Made by a program: the position numbers and the translations under genes. The notes beneath the pieces are model-generated. The model ran no database searches. It was not told the DNA's origin and saw nothing but the letters and a program-made list of their open reading frames with translations. Shown in pieces: positions 56,188 to 64,000 of a stretch of DNA of 64,000 nt. The number at the start of each line of letters is the position of its first letter. Within the stretch, counting starts at the first letter, position 1. The stretch covers positions 12,557-76,556 of the forward strand of contig DATLST010000022.1 of NCBI GenBank assembly GCA_035534055.1, written 5' to 3'. Origin of the DNA: Candidatus Acidiferrales bacterium (GTDB lineage: Bacteria > Acidobacteriota > Terriglobia > Acidiferrales > UBA7541).

Positions 56188-57042
56188 ATGAGCAAGTATC
56201 TGGCAATAACTCCGGCCCGCGACGAAGAGCAATTTCTGCCCGGATTGATTAGCAGCATGGTGGCGCAAACGCGCCTACCGCAGCGCTGGATCGTCATCGA
56301 TGACGGCTCGGCCGATGGCACCGCGCAAATCCTCGATCAGGCCGCACGGCAACATCGCTGGATCCAGCCGATACATCTCGGGCGAAATCGTCCCCGGGAA
56401 GCGGGCGGCGAATCGGTGATTATGCAATTCCTTCCACGCGATGTCTGGCAGGACGTTGATTTCGTTTTCCGGCTCGATGCGGACTTGAGTTTTGCGCCAG
56501 ACCTCGTGGAACTGATGCTCAAGGAGTTTGCCACCAATCCTGAGCTGGGAATCGCGGGCGCTACCTTGTACGAGCCAAGCGATCGTCGCTGGCTCGCAAT
56601 GCCAGCGATTCATTCGTTTCACACCCGCGGCGCCACCAAGATGTACTCGTCGGAATGCTTCGCCGCGGTCGAACCGCTGGAAGGATGTCCGGGCTGGGAC
56701 ACGATCGACGAGATGCGCGCGCTGAGAGATGGCTTCAAAACCCGGAGCTTCCCGCATATCTGCGCGTACCATCACCGCCCGCAGGGCGAGGCAGCCGGGG
56801 CTTGGCGAGGCCAGTTCGGCAAGGGGCAGACGGCTCACTACATCGGCTATTCGCCGATCTTTCTACTCGCCCGAGCCGCGCGGCTGGCGGTTACCCGGCC
56901 GCTGTCGGCATTGTGTATGGTGGCCGGATATTTCGAGAGTCACCTGAGGCAGCGTCCGACCGTCAACGATCCCGGGCTCATCAGTTTCATACGCCGTCAG
57001 CAAGTGCGCCGCTTGTTGATGCTGGATTCAGTGTGGCGCTGA
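56188..57042 (+). CDS. Glycosyltransferase family 2
   Basis: MSKYLAITPARDEEQFLPGLISSMVAQTRLPQRWIVIDDGSADGT (GT-A DxD region). An alternative TTG start at 56140 overlaps the upstream stop. Confidence 0.85.
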   Translation: MSKYLAITPARDEEQFLPGLISSMVAQTRLPQRWIVIDDGSADGTAQILDQAARQHRWIQPIHLGRNRPREAGGESVIMQFLPRDVWQDVDFVFRLDADLSFAPDLVELMLKEFATNPELGIAGATLYEPSDRRWLAMPAIHSFHTRGATKMYSSECFAAVEPLEGCPGWDTIDEMRALRDGFKTRSFPHICAYHHRPQGEAAGAWRGQFGKGQTAHYIGYSPIFLLARAARLAVTRPLSALCMVAGYFESHLRQRPTVNDPGLISFIRRQQVRRLLMLDSVWR

Positions 57043-57085
57043 ACCCAATGAGGTTGCGATCAGAACCAGAGTTGGTAGTCGATCT

Positions 57086-57817
57086 GTGTTGGCAAAGGTA
57101 ACTCACGTGGACAGCTATTTAGGTCGGACTCAACGGCTTTTTCTGGTCATGAGGACGGGGAAATTCGGAGCGCTCGCACGAGAACTCAGCAAGCGAATGT
57201 TTTCGAATAAAGAATCGTATCTGCTCCGACGCGACCTCACCGTCCCATTTCATTGCGCCGCGCCGAAACAGCCGATTGAAATAAGGCCAGTCCGCGATAC
57301 CGATATACCCGAGATTCTCAGAGCGCGCCCCGGACGCTTGCTCATCCTGCGAGCCAACATTCAGACCTGCTACCTCGCCGTAACCGCGAGCGGTGAGATC
57401 GCCTACATGCAATGGTTAGTTGCGCGGGGTGAACTCGAACGATTTAAGCCCTTTTTCGACGGTGACTTGAAAGACCTCGGTAAAGATGACGTCCTGCTTG
57501 AATTTGCCTATACCTTCGAAGGGTTTCGGGGGCAAAAAATAATGGGTGCCGCGATGGCTGCGATCGCGGAAAAGGGTCTGCAAAGCGGCGCTCGTTTTGC
57601 GGTCACCTACGTTCAGAAAGACAACATTCCGGCGCTCAAAGGCTGCGCCGCAGCAGGCTTCTTCCCTTATCTGACCCGGGTGGAAAAATGGCGAGGCTTT
57701 TCGTTTACGGAATCTTTCAAAAACCTTCCAAACGATGCGCATGGTCCGTTTGCGGCGGAAACCGCAACGTCGCTATCGCCGAGTTCAACCCTTCCTGAGC
57801 GCGGCGCGCACACCTGA
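57086..57817 (+). CDS. GNAT-family N-acetyltransferase (probable)
   Basis: LEFAYTFEGFRGQKIMGAAMAAIAEKGLQSGARFAVTYVQKDNIPALKGCAAAGF fits the acetyl-CoA-binding motif A region (R/Q-x-x-G-x-G/A). Start uncertain (GTG at 57086 or ATG at 57149). Confidence 0.6.
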   Translation: MLAKVTHVDSYLGRTQRLFLVMRTGKFGALARELSKRMFSNKESYLLRRDLTVPFHCAAPKQPIEIRPVRDTDIPEILRARPGRLLILRANIQTCYLAVTASGEIAYMQWLVARGELERFKPFFDGDLKDLGKDDVLLEFAYTFEGFRGQKIMGAAMAAIAEKGLQSGARFAVTYVQKDNIPALKGCAAAGFFPYLTRVEKWRGFSFTESFKNLPNDAHGPFAAETATSLSPSSTLPERGAHT

Positions 57818-57832
57818 TCGCACCATAGGGAT

Positions 57833-59095
57833 GTGGGGAAAGAACGGGTGGCAGAGAGCTTTCTGATAGCGTCGGGTTCGGTGGATATTACGCCGTGGCG
57901 GCCGATGAGGCTCGGCGGTTTTAGCAAACGAATTGCACCGTTCACATCCATCGCCAGTCCGCTCGAAGCAAATGTACTGATCATAAAAAACGCCTCGTCG
58001 AGTGTGACGATTGTTAGCGTCGACCTCCTTTATCCTGGCGAAACGTTACGGGCTCATCTGATAAAGAATCTCGGACTCGCCGGCAAGGAGGAAGAGCTGT
58101 TCTTCTGTGCGTCGCATACGCATTCGGCGCCTATGACAGCTCCATCGATGACGCGTTTGGGAGTTCCTGACGCCGAGTACGTTGGTTATGTTGCGGACCG
58201 AATAACGACCTTAATCAAGTCCATCCAGCGTGAAGGGGAGTCGTGCTCCTGTAGCTACCATCAAGGGGCCGCAAATCACTCGATGAACCGGCGGCTGATT
58301 CGCCTTCGCCTGACGCGGTCCGGGCTCGTCAGATCTTCGGGTTTGGGACCCAATCCGAAAGGGAACCGGGACGAGAGCGTGCGAATTCTCAAAGTCTCGA
58401 AGCCTGGCGGCAAGTTGGCGGCGGTAATCTGGAATTACGCGTGTCACCCTACTGAATTTCCGGGCTTCCTCGAGATTTCGGCGGAGTACCCGGGAATAGT
58501 TCGCGCCCGCTTGCGATCTGAATTCGGCGAGATTCCTGTTCTTTTCCTGCAGGGTTTCTCTGGCGATGTCCGTCCCCCGTTTTCCGGGAGAAGGCCTGGG
58601 ATTGCGGGTTTCGCCCAAAGAATCCTGGTAGGGCCGCAATTTCGGAGACCGCTCGAGCGCGAATGGGAGGAATGGGCGAACAGCCTGGCGGACTCGGTCG
58701 CTTCGTTCGCACGGTCGCCGCTGCGGAGCTTGAAGATAGACTCGCTGATACTGAAACGGATCGAGGTCCCTGAATACGAGGTTGCCGCCGGCGGCAGCGG
58801 CGAGAAATCCCTCAACTGGCATCTAATCGACTGCGGTGGGTTTCGGATTGTGGGCGTTAACGCCGAACCTGTGGTCGACTACAGACGCCAATTGGAAGCA
58901 TGCTTTCCCGAAAAGCCGTTACTAACCGTCGGATGCCTGGACCAGCCCATCTGTTACTTGCCGACTGACAAGATGATTCCCGAGCGGGGCTATGAAGTCG
59001 AGGGCTTTCGAACGCTATTCAATTTCGCCGGACGTTTTCGGAATCGATTACAGGACGCCGTCATCCGACGGATGAAAGCGGCAACGACCTCCTAA
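57833..59095 (+). CDS. Neutral/alkaline ceramidase N-terminal-domain-like hydrolase
   Basis: VDITPWRPMRLGGF, SVDLLYPGE, FFCASHTHSAPM, WNYACHPTEF match the pattern I recall for bacterial ceramidase-like proteins. No signal peptide noted. Confidence 0.6.
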   Translation: MGKERVAESFLIASGSVDITPWRPMRLGGFSKRIAPFTSIASPLEANVLIIKNASSSVTIVSVDLLYPGETLRAHLIKNLGLAGKEEELFFCASHTHSAPMTAPSMTRLGVPDAEYVGYVADRITTLIKSIQREGESCSCSYHQGAANHSMNRRLIRLRLTRSGLVRSSGLGPNPKGNRDESVRILKVSKPGGKLAAVIWNYACHPTEFPGFLEISAEYPGIVRARLRSEFGEIPVLFLQGFSGDVRPPFSGRRPGIAGFAQRILVGPQFRRPLEREWEEWANSLADSVASFARSPLRSLKIDSLILKRIEVPEYEVAAGGSGEKSLNWHLIDCGGFRIVGVNAEPVVDYRRQLEACFPEKPLLTVGCLDQPICYLPTDKMIPERGYEVEGFRTLFNFAGRFRNRLQDAVIRRMKAATTS

Positions 59096-59122
59096 AACAA
59101 GACGCTGTCGGAGAGCCTACGA

Positions 59123-60211
59123 ATGAACAACTGCTGGGTTGTCGGAATGGTCCGTATTCGCTGCCTAATGGCAATACTGATTGTGTTGATCGCCGCTGGT
59201 GGTGCAATGGCAGCACAAGGCCTTTGGGTCGCCAATTCGCAGAGTCTCGCGGAATTCCAAGGCCCACTCAAAAGCGGCAGGACGCCAGCCCATCGTGTTA
59301 TCCGCAGCAAAATCCTGGACGGAAGCTCTACCATTGCGTTCGACGGGAGTGGGAACCTGTGGGTGACTAATTTCAATACCAACACGATTCTCGAGTTCAA
59401 AAAGGCACAACTTAAGCGCTTAAGAAGAAATCCGGCTCCAGCAGCGGCGGTGACCATTTCCGAAGACTTCAACAGTACTCTCGATGGTCCCGAGGGGCTT
59501 GTCTTCGACACCTCCGGAAATATGTGGGTCGGAGCGGAGCACGGACAAGAGATCCTGATGTACGCGCCGGCGCAATACGCTGCAAGCGGCAACCCCACTG
59601 CCACAGCGATCCTCAACGCGAACAGCTTCAATTTCGATTCGCCATCGGAGCTCGCGTTCGATGCAGTGGGCAATCTATGGGTCGTCGACGAAGACATATT
59701 TAACGGCAATGGCGGCGCAGGTGAGGTCTTTGAATATACTAAGGCGCAAATCACCGGGTTATCGGCGGGTACTCACTACATCGATCCAGTGTTTGGAATC
59801 GCTCTACCATGGTTCACGCATCTTGAGGGCTTGGCATTTGACAGCATTGGTAATATGTGGCTGGCGGACGAGCGCGGCGTGAACGTTTACAAGTTTGCCG
59901 CGGATCAACTAACCGGGACAGGAATGTCTCAGAATCTCACACCCGCTGTGGTCTTGAGCCCCACCAGCGAATCGGGTCGTTGCCCTGAGAGCCTCGATGG
60001 TCCCTACGGTATCGCGGTCGATCAGAAAGGTAACTTGTTCGTGAGTAACGCGAACCTTGCGGGCCAATGTTTCGGTAGCCTGGTCAAGTTTTCTGCCGAA
60101 AGCATCCAATCGAGTGGCAGCCCCATTCCGAAAGTGGTCATCACCACGACCCGACACGGCAATAACATCAACGATCCGAACAGTCTGACATTCGGGCCAT
60201 TGCTACCTTAA
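59123..60211 (+). CDS. Secreted NHL-repeat six-bladed beta-propeller protein
   Basis: Signal peptide (LMAILIVLIAAGGAMA). Repeated G.....D..GN(L/M)WV motifs (AFDGSGNLWVTN, VFDTSGNMWVGA, AFDAVGNLWVVD, AFDSIGNMWLAD, AVDQKGNLFVSN). Confidence 0.75.
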   Translation: MNNCWVVGMVRIRCLMAILIVLIAAGGAMAAQGLWVANSQSLAEFQGPLKSGRTPAHRVIRSKILDGSSTIAFDGSGNLWVTNFNTNTILEFKKAQLKRLRRNPAPAAAVTISEDFNSTLDGPEGLVFDTSGNMWVGAEHGQEILMYAPAQYAASGNPTATAILNANSFNFDSPSELAFDAVGNLWVVDEDIFNGNGGAGEVFEYTKAQITGLSAGTHYIDPVFGIALPWFTHLEGLAFDSIGNMWLADERGVNVYKFAADQLTGTGMSQNLTPAVVLSPTSESGRCPESLDGPYGIAVDQKGNLFVSNANLAGQCFGSLVKFSAESIQSSGSPIPKVVITTTRHGNNINDPNSLTFGPLLP

Positions 60212-60420
60212 GTGAGCAACCGCCAGCGAGTCGGCTAGTTCCCACCCGTTTCGAGATTGCCTGTAAGCCCGGGGCGCGAATTCGTCGTTGACGAAGGCAG
60301 AAGCGCCTACCGTCGCCGAGCGCATCCGCCACGAAGTCGATCTACCTCAATTCTGCTGGTTTCTAGGGGGTAGGCCAGATCGCCATAATCATCCAGCCTG
60401 GCAGGGAGCACCTTTTCCTC

Positions 60421-60822
60421 CTAGTCCTTAGGAACTGAAGAAGACACCTTCAGATGGTTCTTTACACCTCGCACGCCGCTCGCATTTCTCGCAATCGCCT
60501 CAGCGCGTGATGCTACTGCAGAATCGTGTACCGTGCCCCTTAGCGTCACGACGCCGGCGGTGGTGGTGACGTGAATCTGGCCAGACCGCAGGTCCTTGGC
60601 GGCAGCGAGCTCTGTTTTCACCGCTGTCGTGATTCTCGTATCATCCAGCGCCGTAACGGTCCCGTGATAAGCGTTCTTCGCCGCGCTTTCAGTGTTTTCG
60701 CCCGCCTGATGCATCGAGTCGCTGGCGGAAGTGCCACCGGTCTGTGCGAAAACCGGCGGTGCCAACCAAATTCCAAGAATCACAGACTGCGCCAGAACCA
60801 GTATCTTGATCTTGCTGCTCAT
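60421..60822 (-). CDS. BON-domain periplasmic protein
   Basis: Start MSSKIKILVLAQSVILGIWLAPPVFA with GAGGAG upstream. BON motif ITTAVKTELAAAKDLRSGQIHVTTTAGVVTLRGTV...VRGVKNHLKV. Confidence 0.8.
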   Translation of the reverse strand: MSSKIKILVLAQSVILGIWLAPPVFAQTGGTSASDSMHQAGENTESAAKNAYHGTVTALDDTRITTAVKTELAAAKDLRSGQIHVTTTAGVVTLRGTVHDSAVASRAEAIARNASGVRGVKNHLKVSSSVPKD

Positions 60823-60977
60823 AAGTGTAATCTCCTCTGAATTATTGGGTTGAAATCCTACGCGAATTATTCTCGCCTCTTCCTCGGAGCAGTGAAAGCA
60901 CCAGAACCAACACCACAGTGCCGCCCACTGAATAGGAAGATGGAAACTCCTCACGCTGTTCGATCACGAGGATGAAG

Positions 60978-61133
60978 CTATCGTATCGATAAACGCCCAG
61001 AGACGAGGAGCACTATCAGAATAATGACTACGATTCCGCCGATTCCGATTCCCCCGGCAGGTCCATAGGCATAATAACCACCGCCGCCGCCAAACAGCAG
61101 AAGCAAAATCAGAATTATTAGCAGTGGCGACAT
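60978..61133 (-). CDS. DUF3309-like small membrane protein (51 aa, below the ORF-track cutoff)
   Basis: Hand translation gives MSPLLIILILLLLFGGGGGYYAYGPAGGIGIGGIVVIILIVLLVSGRLSIR. Two hydrophobic helices flank a Gly/Tyr loop. GAGG lies 7 nt before the ATG. Confidence 0.55.
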   Translation of the reverse strand: MSPLLIILILLLLFGGGGGYYAYGPAGGIGIGGIVVIILIVLLVSGRLSIR

Positions 61134-61496
61134 GTGGCTACCTCATGAGGGCGGAGAGTTAAGACTAATCCAACCCGCAAGACTACCGAAGTTGTAGCAT
61201 GTTTCCACCACGAATAACAACTGGAGTGAAGCTACTCAGGGCTCTCGCGAGTAGCGTTCCGGTAACGCATCTGGCGGTGAGAGGCCGTTAGCGAAGCCGA
61301 ACTGTGCGCAGGGCAAAGTGTGTGTTAATGCACGATATATGGTCGGCGAGCGAATGCCCGGCATGCTGAGGGATGAGTCGCCGAGGCCACGAGTTATTTC
61401 ATCGAATGTCGGACAGACGATATATGTTACCCGGAGAACCGGAATGTCAGATTAGAACCTACCTGCCGAGTAATCGTTCATGATATCTTAGCTGCT

Positions 61497-61814
61497 ATGA
61501 AGAATATTGTAACGAAAGCTGCTAGATACACTGCCTTTGCGGGTATTGCGCTCTTGATGGGTACGTTGGGTGTCGCCGGATGCAAGGCTACGGTTGAGGG
61601 TCCCGGACCGGCGGCGCAAGGGCCGGCTGGTGCACCCGGAGCGCCAGGCCCGGCCGGAGCGCCAGGAGCAATGGGCGAGACGGGTTCGCAAGGTGCACCG
61701 GCTGCGGCAACGAAGTCCTCCGAGTCATCCACCACGACCGAGTCCAACACCAATCCCGATACCGGTGGCAGCACAACCACGGAGAAGTCCAAGACCGAGA
61801 AAAGCAGTAACTAA
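61497..61814 (+). CDS. Small lipoprotein with collagen-like G-X-Y tract and Ser/Thr-rich tail
   Basis: Lipobox LGVAGC. Nine uninterrupted triplets GPAGAPGAPGPAGAPGAMGETGSQGAP. Tail SSESSTTTESNTNPDTGGSTTTEKSKTEKSSN. Confidence 0.6.
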   Translation: MKNIVTKAARYTAFAGIALLMGTLGVAGCKATVEGPGPAAQGPAGAPGAPGPAGAPGAMGETGSQGAPAAATKSSESSTTTESNTNPDTGGSTTTEKSKTEKSSN

Positions 61815-62152
61815 CTGTCGAAGGGCCGCATAGTGTCGCTCGGCAGCCAGATCCGTATCGTCTGGCATACGAAGCAGGGTGTGACCTTTCATCTGGAATG
61901 ATTCCCTCTCGACCGAGGCGCGGCATACTCCGCTGGTTCCTTGGCCTGGCTGGGTCGGAGGAGTCTATGTGCAGTGTGTCATGATTGTGGGGCTGGTCGC
62001 CGGCTACATCGGGAGCAAGATTGAGTGACGGCGGCTCAGGAGTAAACCGCTTAATGTAGGGGCGCGGCTTTTATCCGTCCGGCAACACTGACAGCTAGAT
62101 CGCAGGGGGATGTGGCGGAAATGAAATCCGCTCAACGGTTCGCCACCTCAGC

Positions 62153-62380
62153 GTGATGAGTCTTGCGGTCGTTATCCTCGTTAGCGCTTGTGGCACCACT
62201 AGCACCAGCAAGGAAACAACCACTACCTATGTCCCGGCGCCGCCGGCGCCGGCTGTCGTGCAGGCTCCGGCAGAAGTTCCCGCTCCTGCGCCCGCACTAC
62301 TGAGCGGGGTCATGAAGTCGGCTGTAGGCGCAATACGTGCCGGGCATATTGCGGCCAGCGCGCTAGGTGGGTCGCGGTAA
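62153..62380 (+). CDS. Possible small Pro/Ala-rich lipoprotein
   Basis: Lipobox ILVSAC, then TSTSKETTTTYVPAPPAPAVVQAPAEVPAPAPA. Short and low complexity, so this is a weak call. Confidence 0.35.
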   Translation: MMSLAVVILVSACGTTSTSKETTTTYVPAPPAPAVVQAPAEVPAPAPALLSGVMKSAVGAIRAGHIAASALGGSR

Positions 62381-62581
62381 AAAGATCAACTGACCTGGCA
62401 CTAGAACGCGGGCAACCCGGCGTCGATAATTCGATCGCTTGCCTGTGCTCAAAGCATAATCCGAATGATTTCTTGGTGGTTTGAAGGAGGCGGGAGTAGC
62501 CTGTGCCCCTCGGGCGCTGAAGGGGACCAGCTCAGCGCGCGGCGGAAATCGAATAACTCGTGCAAGATTACCAAAATTTTC

Positions 62582-63006
62582 TTAGCTCCCGTCCCCGTCG
62601 AGTCGCAAAAGGCCACGTACATGCGAAGATTTCGCGCGATTCTCCGGAGAATCCGCAACATCGGTGATTCGCTGGCGGAGGGCAGGGTGGGAAGACCTCC
62701 ACCTTACGACCCATTCGCTCACCCAACCGGCTTCGCCATAGAGTGGACCTGAAAGGATTCGGACCCGCGTCTTAGATGCAAGGAATCCGGCGCGTTCGAT
62801 CACCTTGACCTCGGTTCCTTGGTTCCTTGCGCAATCAAAAAAGCCTCACTGTGAAGGACCATCATGGCGATTCCCGTCTTGTCGTCAGCTACTGCCAGTT
62901 TGACCAACTCATCGAACGCTTGAAGATCCCGGCAAACGACGACATCGGGTCCACCCGTATCAACCGCTAGGCGACCGTGTTCGCCGATGTTGGGCCGGTC
63001 GGTCAT
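62582..63006 (-). pseudogene. Gene of unknown function interrupted by an 8-bp tandem duplication
   Basis: ORFs 62800..63006 and 62582..62803 join into one frame (..AFLIAQGTEVKVIERAGFLASKTRVRILSGPLYGEAGWV..) if one copy of ggttcctt (62813-62820 / 62821-62828) is removed. Confidence 0.6.
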
Positions 63007-63265
63007 CGGGGGAGCGGCAGTAGCCTCTGATAGCGAACTTCAGAAAGGTGTCTGCTCCTTCCGGTTCCGTTTGGCCGAGCTGATGGCCGCAGTTATTGCA
63101 GCAGACTGGATCCCGACAAGGCGACTGCGCCGCAAGCGGGACAAAATTGCTCGGTGGGCGTCGAACGCGTCCGGTGCTGAGCCGTTGTCCACAGTTGCTG
63201 CAATAATCCGATCCGGGAGGAACGGATGCGCCGCATGCGAAACAGAATTCGTGAATCGGGATCAC
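62960..63265 (-). CDS. Zinc-ribbon domain protein (3' boundary uncertain)
   Basis: N-terminal CFACGASVPPGSDYCSNCG (CxxC-x10-CxxC) and a second CCNNCG. The 3' end overlaps the next ORF by 47 nt, so it may once have been fused to it. Confidence 0.45.
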   Translation of the reverse strand: MIPIHEFCFACGASVPPGSDYCSNCGQRLSTGRVRRPPSNFVPLAAQSPCRDPVCCNNCGHQLGQTEPEGADTFLKFAIRGYCRSPDDRPAQHRRTRSPSG

Positions 63266-63447
63266 TAAGGCGGTATGTATCGCACCCTCGCCTACCCCTG
63301 GAAATAGGTTGGAATCGATTCGGCGGGTCGGGGAGACTTAAATCGCCGTTGGGAAAGATTAGCCAAGGATTAGCCGAATGCCCTCAGCGCCAGCGGGCTC
63401 TCTCCGAGCCCCGGCGCAAAAGTCCTTTAAATACGGCTACTCGGGTG

Positions 63448-63534
63448 CGGAGGGGGTGGGATTCGAACCCACGAGCGACTTACGCCGCTGCCGGTTTTCA
63501 AGACCGGTGCCTTCAACCGCTCGGCCACCCCTCC
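63448..63534 (-). tRNA. tRNA-Ser (anticodon UGA), CCA not encoded
   Basis: The reverse complement folds by hand: acceptor GGAGGGG/CCCCTCC, anticodon stem CCGGT/ACCGG with loop CUUGAAA, long variable arm GCGGC-GUAA-GUCGC, T arm GTGGG-TTCGAAT-CCCAC, discriminator G. Confidence 0.9.
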
Positions 63535-63546
63535 AAGTCTTATAAA

Positions 63547-64000
63547 TCAAGTATTTACACGATTCTGACGTTCGGCGCGACCGTTCGAGTGCCCGCTTAT
63601 TGCCCACTTTTTTCCGGTTTCCGCCGGAGAGCTCACATTGCCCGGGGCGGTTCCCGGGTCATTGCCAAGGATGATCTGGCTGAGCCGCCCAACCGCCCCG
63701 CTGTCGACCGTCTGGAACCAGTGGCTGTAAATCCTGAGCGTGATCGCCGGGCTTGCGTGCCCAAGTAGAGACTGAACCTCGGTGACTGCCGCGCCTCCCA
63801 TGATCAGTGCGCTCGCGAAGCTATGCCGGAGCGAATGCATGTTCACCCGGCGGAGTTCTGCGCGCCGGAGCGCGGACCATAGCCCGTAGCGCAGCGCGTT
63901 CGAGCGCCGGATCGGTCGGCCATCTGCAGCCGGAAACACCAGATCGTCGGACGACGCAGGACACTGAAGCTTCCAAACCCGAAGCGTGGCTGCGAGCTCG
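63547..64000 (-). CDS. Tyrosine recombinase / phage-type integrase, C-terminal catalytic part (N-terminus outside the window)
   Basis: The frame is open to the window edge. NMHSLRHSFASALIMGGAAVTEVQSLLGHASPAITLRIYSHWF contains the H-x-x-R ... H ... Y catalytic pattern. Confidence 0.85.
   Translation of the reverse strand, partial: ELAATLRVWKLQCPASSDDLVFPAADGRPIRRSNALRYGLWSALRRAELRRVNMHSLRHSFASALIMGGAAVTEVQSLLGHASPAITLRIYSHWFQTVDSGAVGRLSQIILGNDPGTAPGNVSSPAETGKKWAISGHSNGRAERQNRVNT

Noticed and set aside
51118-60211. PEP-CTERM sorting signals at the C-termini of the secreted beta-helix and NHL proteins.
   Set aside because: The C-termini (..SGYSIGAAQ and ..SLTFGPLLP) lack the PEP motif, TM helix and Arg cluster.
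1-64000. CRISPR arrays, rRNA genes, intact IS elements or transposases, and recognisable defence systems (restriction-modification, Cas, abortive-infection ATPases, retron-like RT).
   Set aside because: I scanned both strands for regularly spaced direct repeats and for hallmark motifs. The only repeats found are short in-frame coding tandem repeats. No such genes were recognised by eye.

Overview
GC-rich bacterial chromosomal window. The gene content (hybrid PKS/NRPS, DUF2950, Thivi_2564-type mini-protein, PEP-CTERM-style EPS genes) gives the impression of a soil Acidobacteriota-like organism, but that is not a determination. All family assignments below are motif recognition by eye; no HMM or database search was run.

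Layout:
1. 1-12.5 kb, + strand: the 3' end of a hybrid PKS-NRPS assembly line (KR-ACP | free-standing C | C*-A-T-C-A-T-TE), followed by MbtH-like, type II thioesterase and Sfp-type PPTase genes.
2. 13.7-23.8 kb, one uninterrupted minus-strand block: a MacB/LolCDE-like ABC exporter with LolA-like and flippase-like partners, an AI-2E-family permease fused to a cobalamin-binding domain, DUF2950, a Gly/Tyr/His low-complexity lipoprotein, and a YqjD/YqjE-like set of small tail-anchored proteins.
3. 24-29 kb: two paralogous atypical Crp/Fnr regulators bracketing two odd secreted repeat proteins, then tandem Bor-like lipoproteins (one fused to an OmpA C-terminal domain).
4. 29.2-32.6 kb: a decayed patch with three truncated or frameshifted genes and two excisionase-type HTH genes, and no integrase.
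5. 32.8-60.2 kb: a large Wzx/Wzy-type exopolysaccharide locus. It holds Wza-like, Wzz-like, ExeA-like ATPase with LysM, a P-loop-dead BY-kinase-like protein, a WbpB/D/E-like diacetamido-sugar trio, priming transferase, flippase, GT4, polymerase/ligase, deacetylase, FemAB-like protein, methyltransferase, and a third Crp-like regulator. Its distal part holds a secreted beta-helix enzyme, two divergent MBL-fold paralogues, GT2, GNAT, a ceramidase-like protein and an NHL propeller. Three sharply AT-rich intergenic islands punctuate it.
6. 60.4-64 kb: small envelope proteins, a gene broken by an 8-bp tandem duplication, tRNA-Ser(UGA) and a partial tyrosine integrase.

No rRNA, CRISPR array or intact transposase was seen.

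Best candidates for something undescribed:
- the AI-2E permease::B12-binding fusion;
- the Crp-paralogue-bracketed secreted Cys-repeat and Trp/Gln-rich proteins;
- the MBL x2 / GT2 / GNAT / ceramidase-like / NHL module;
- the unusual C | C* junction of the assembly line.
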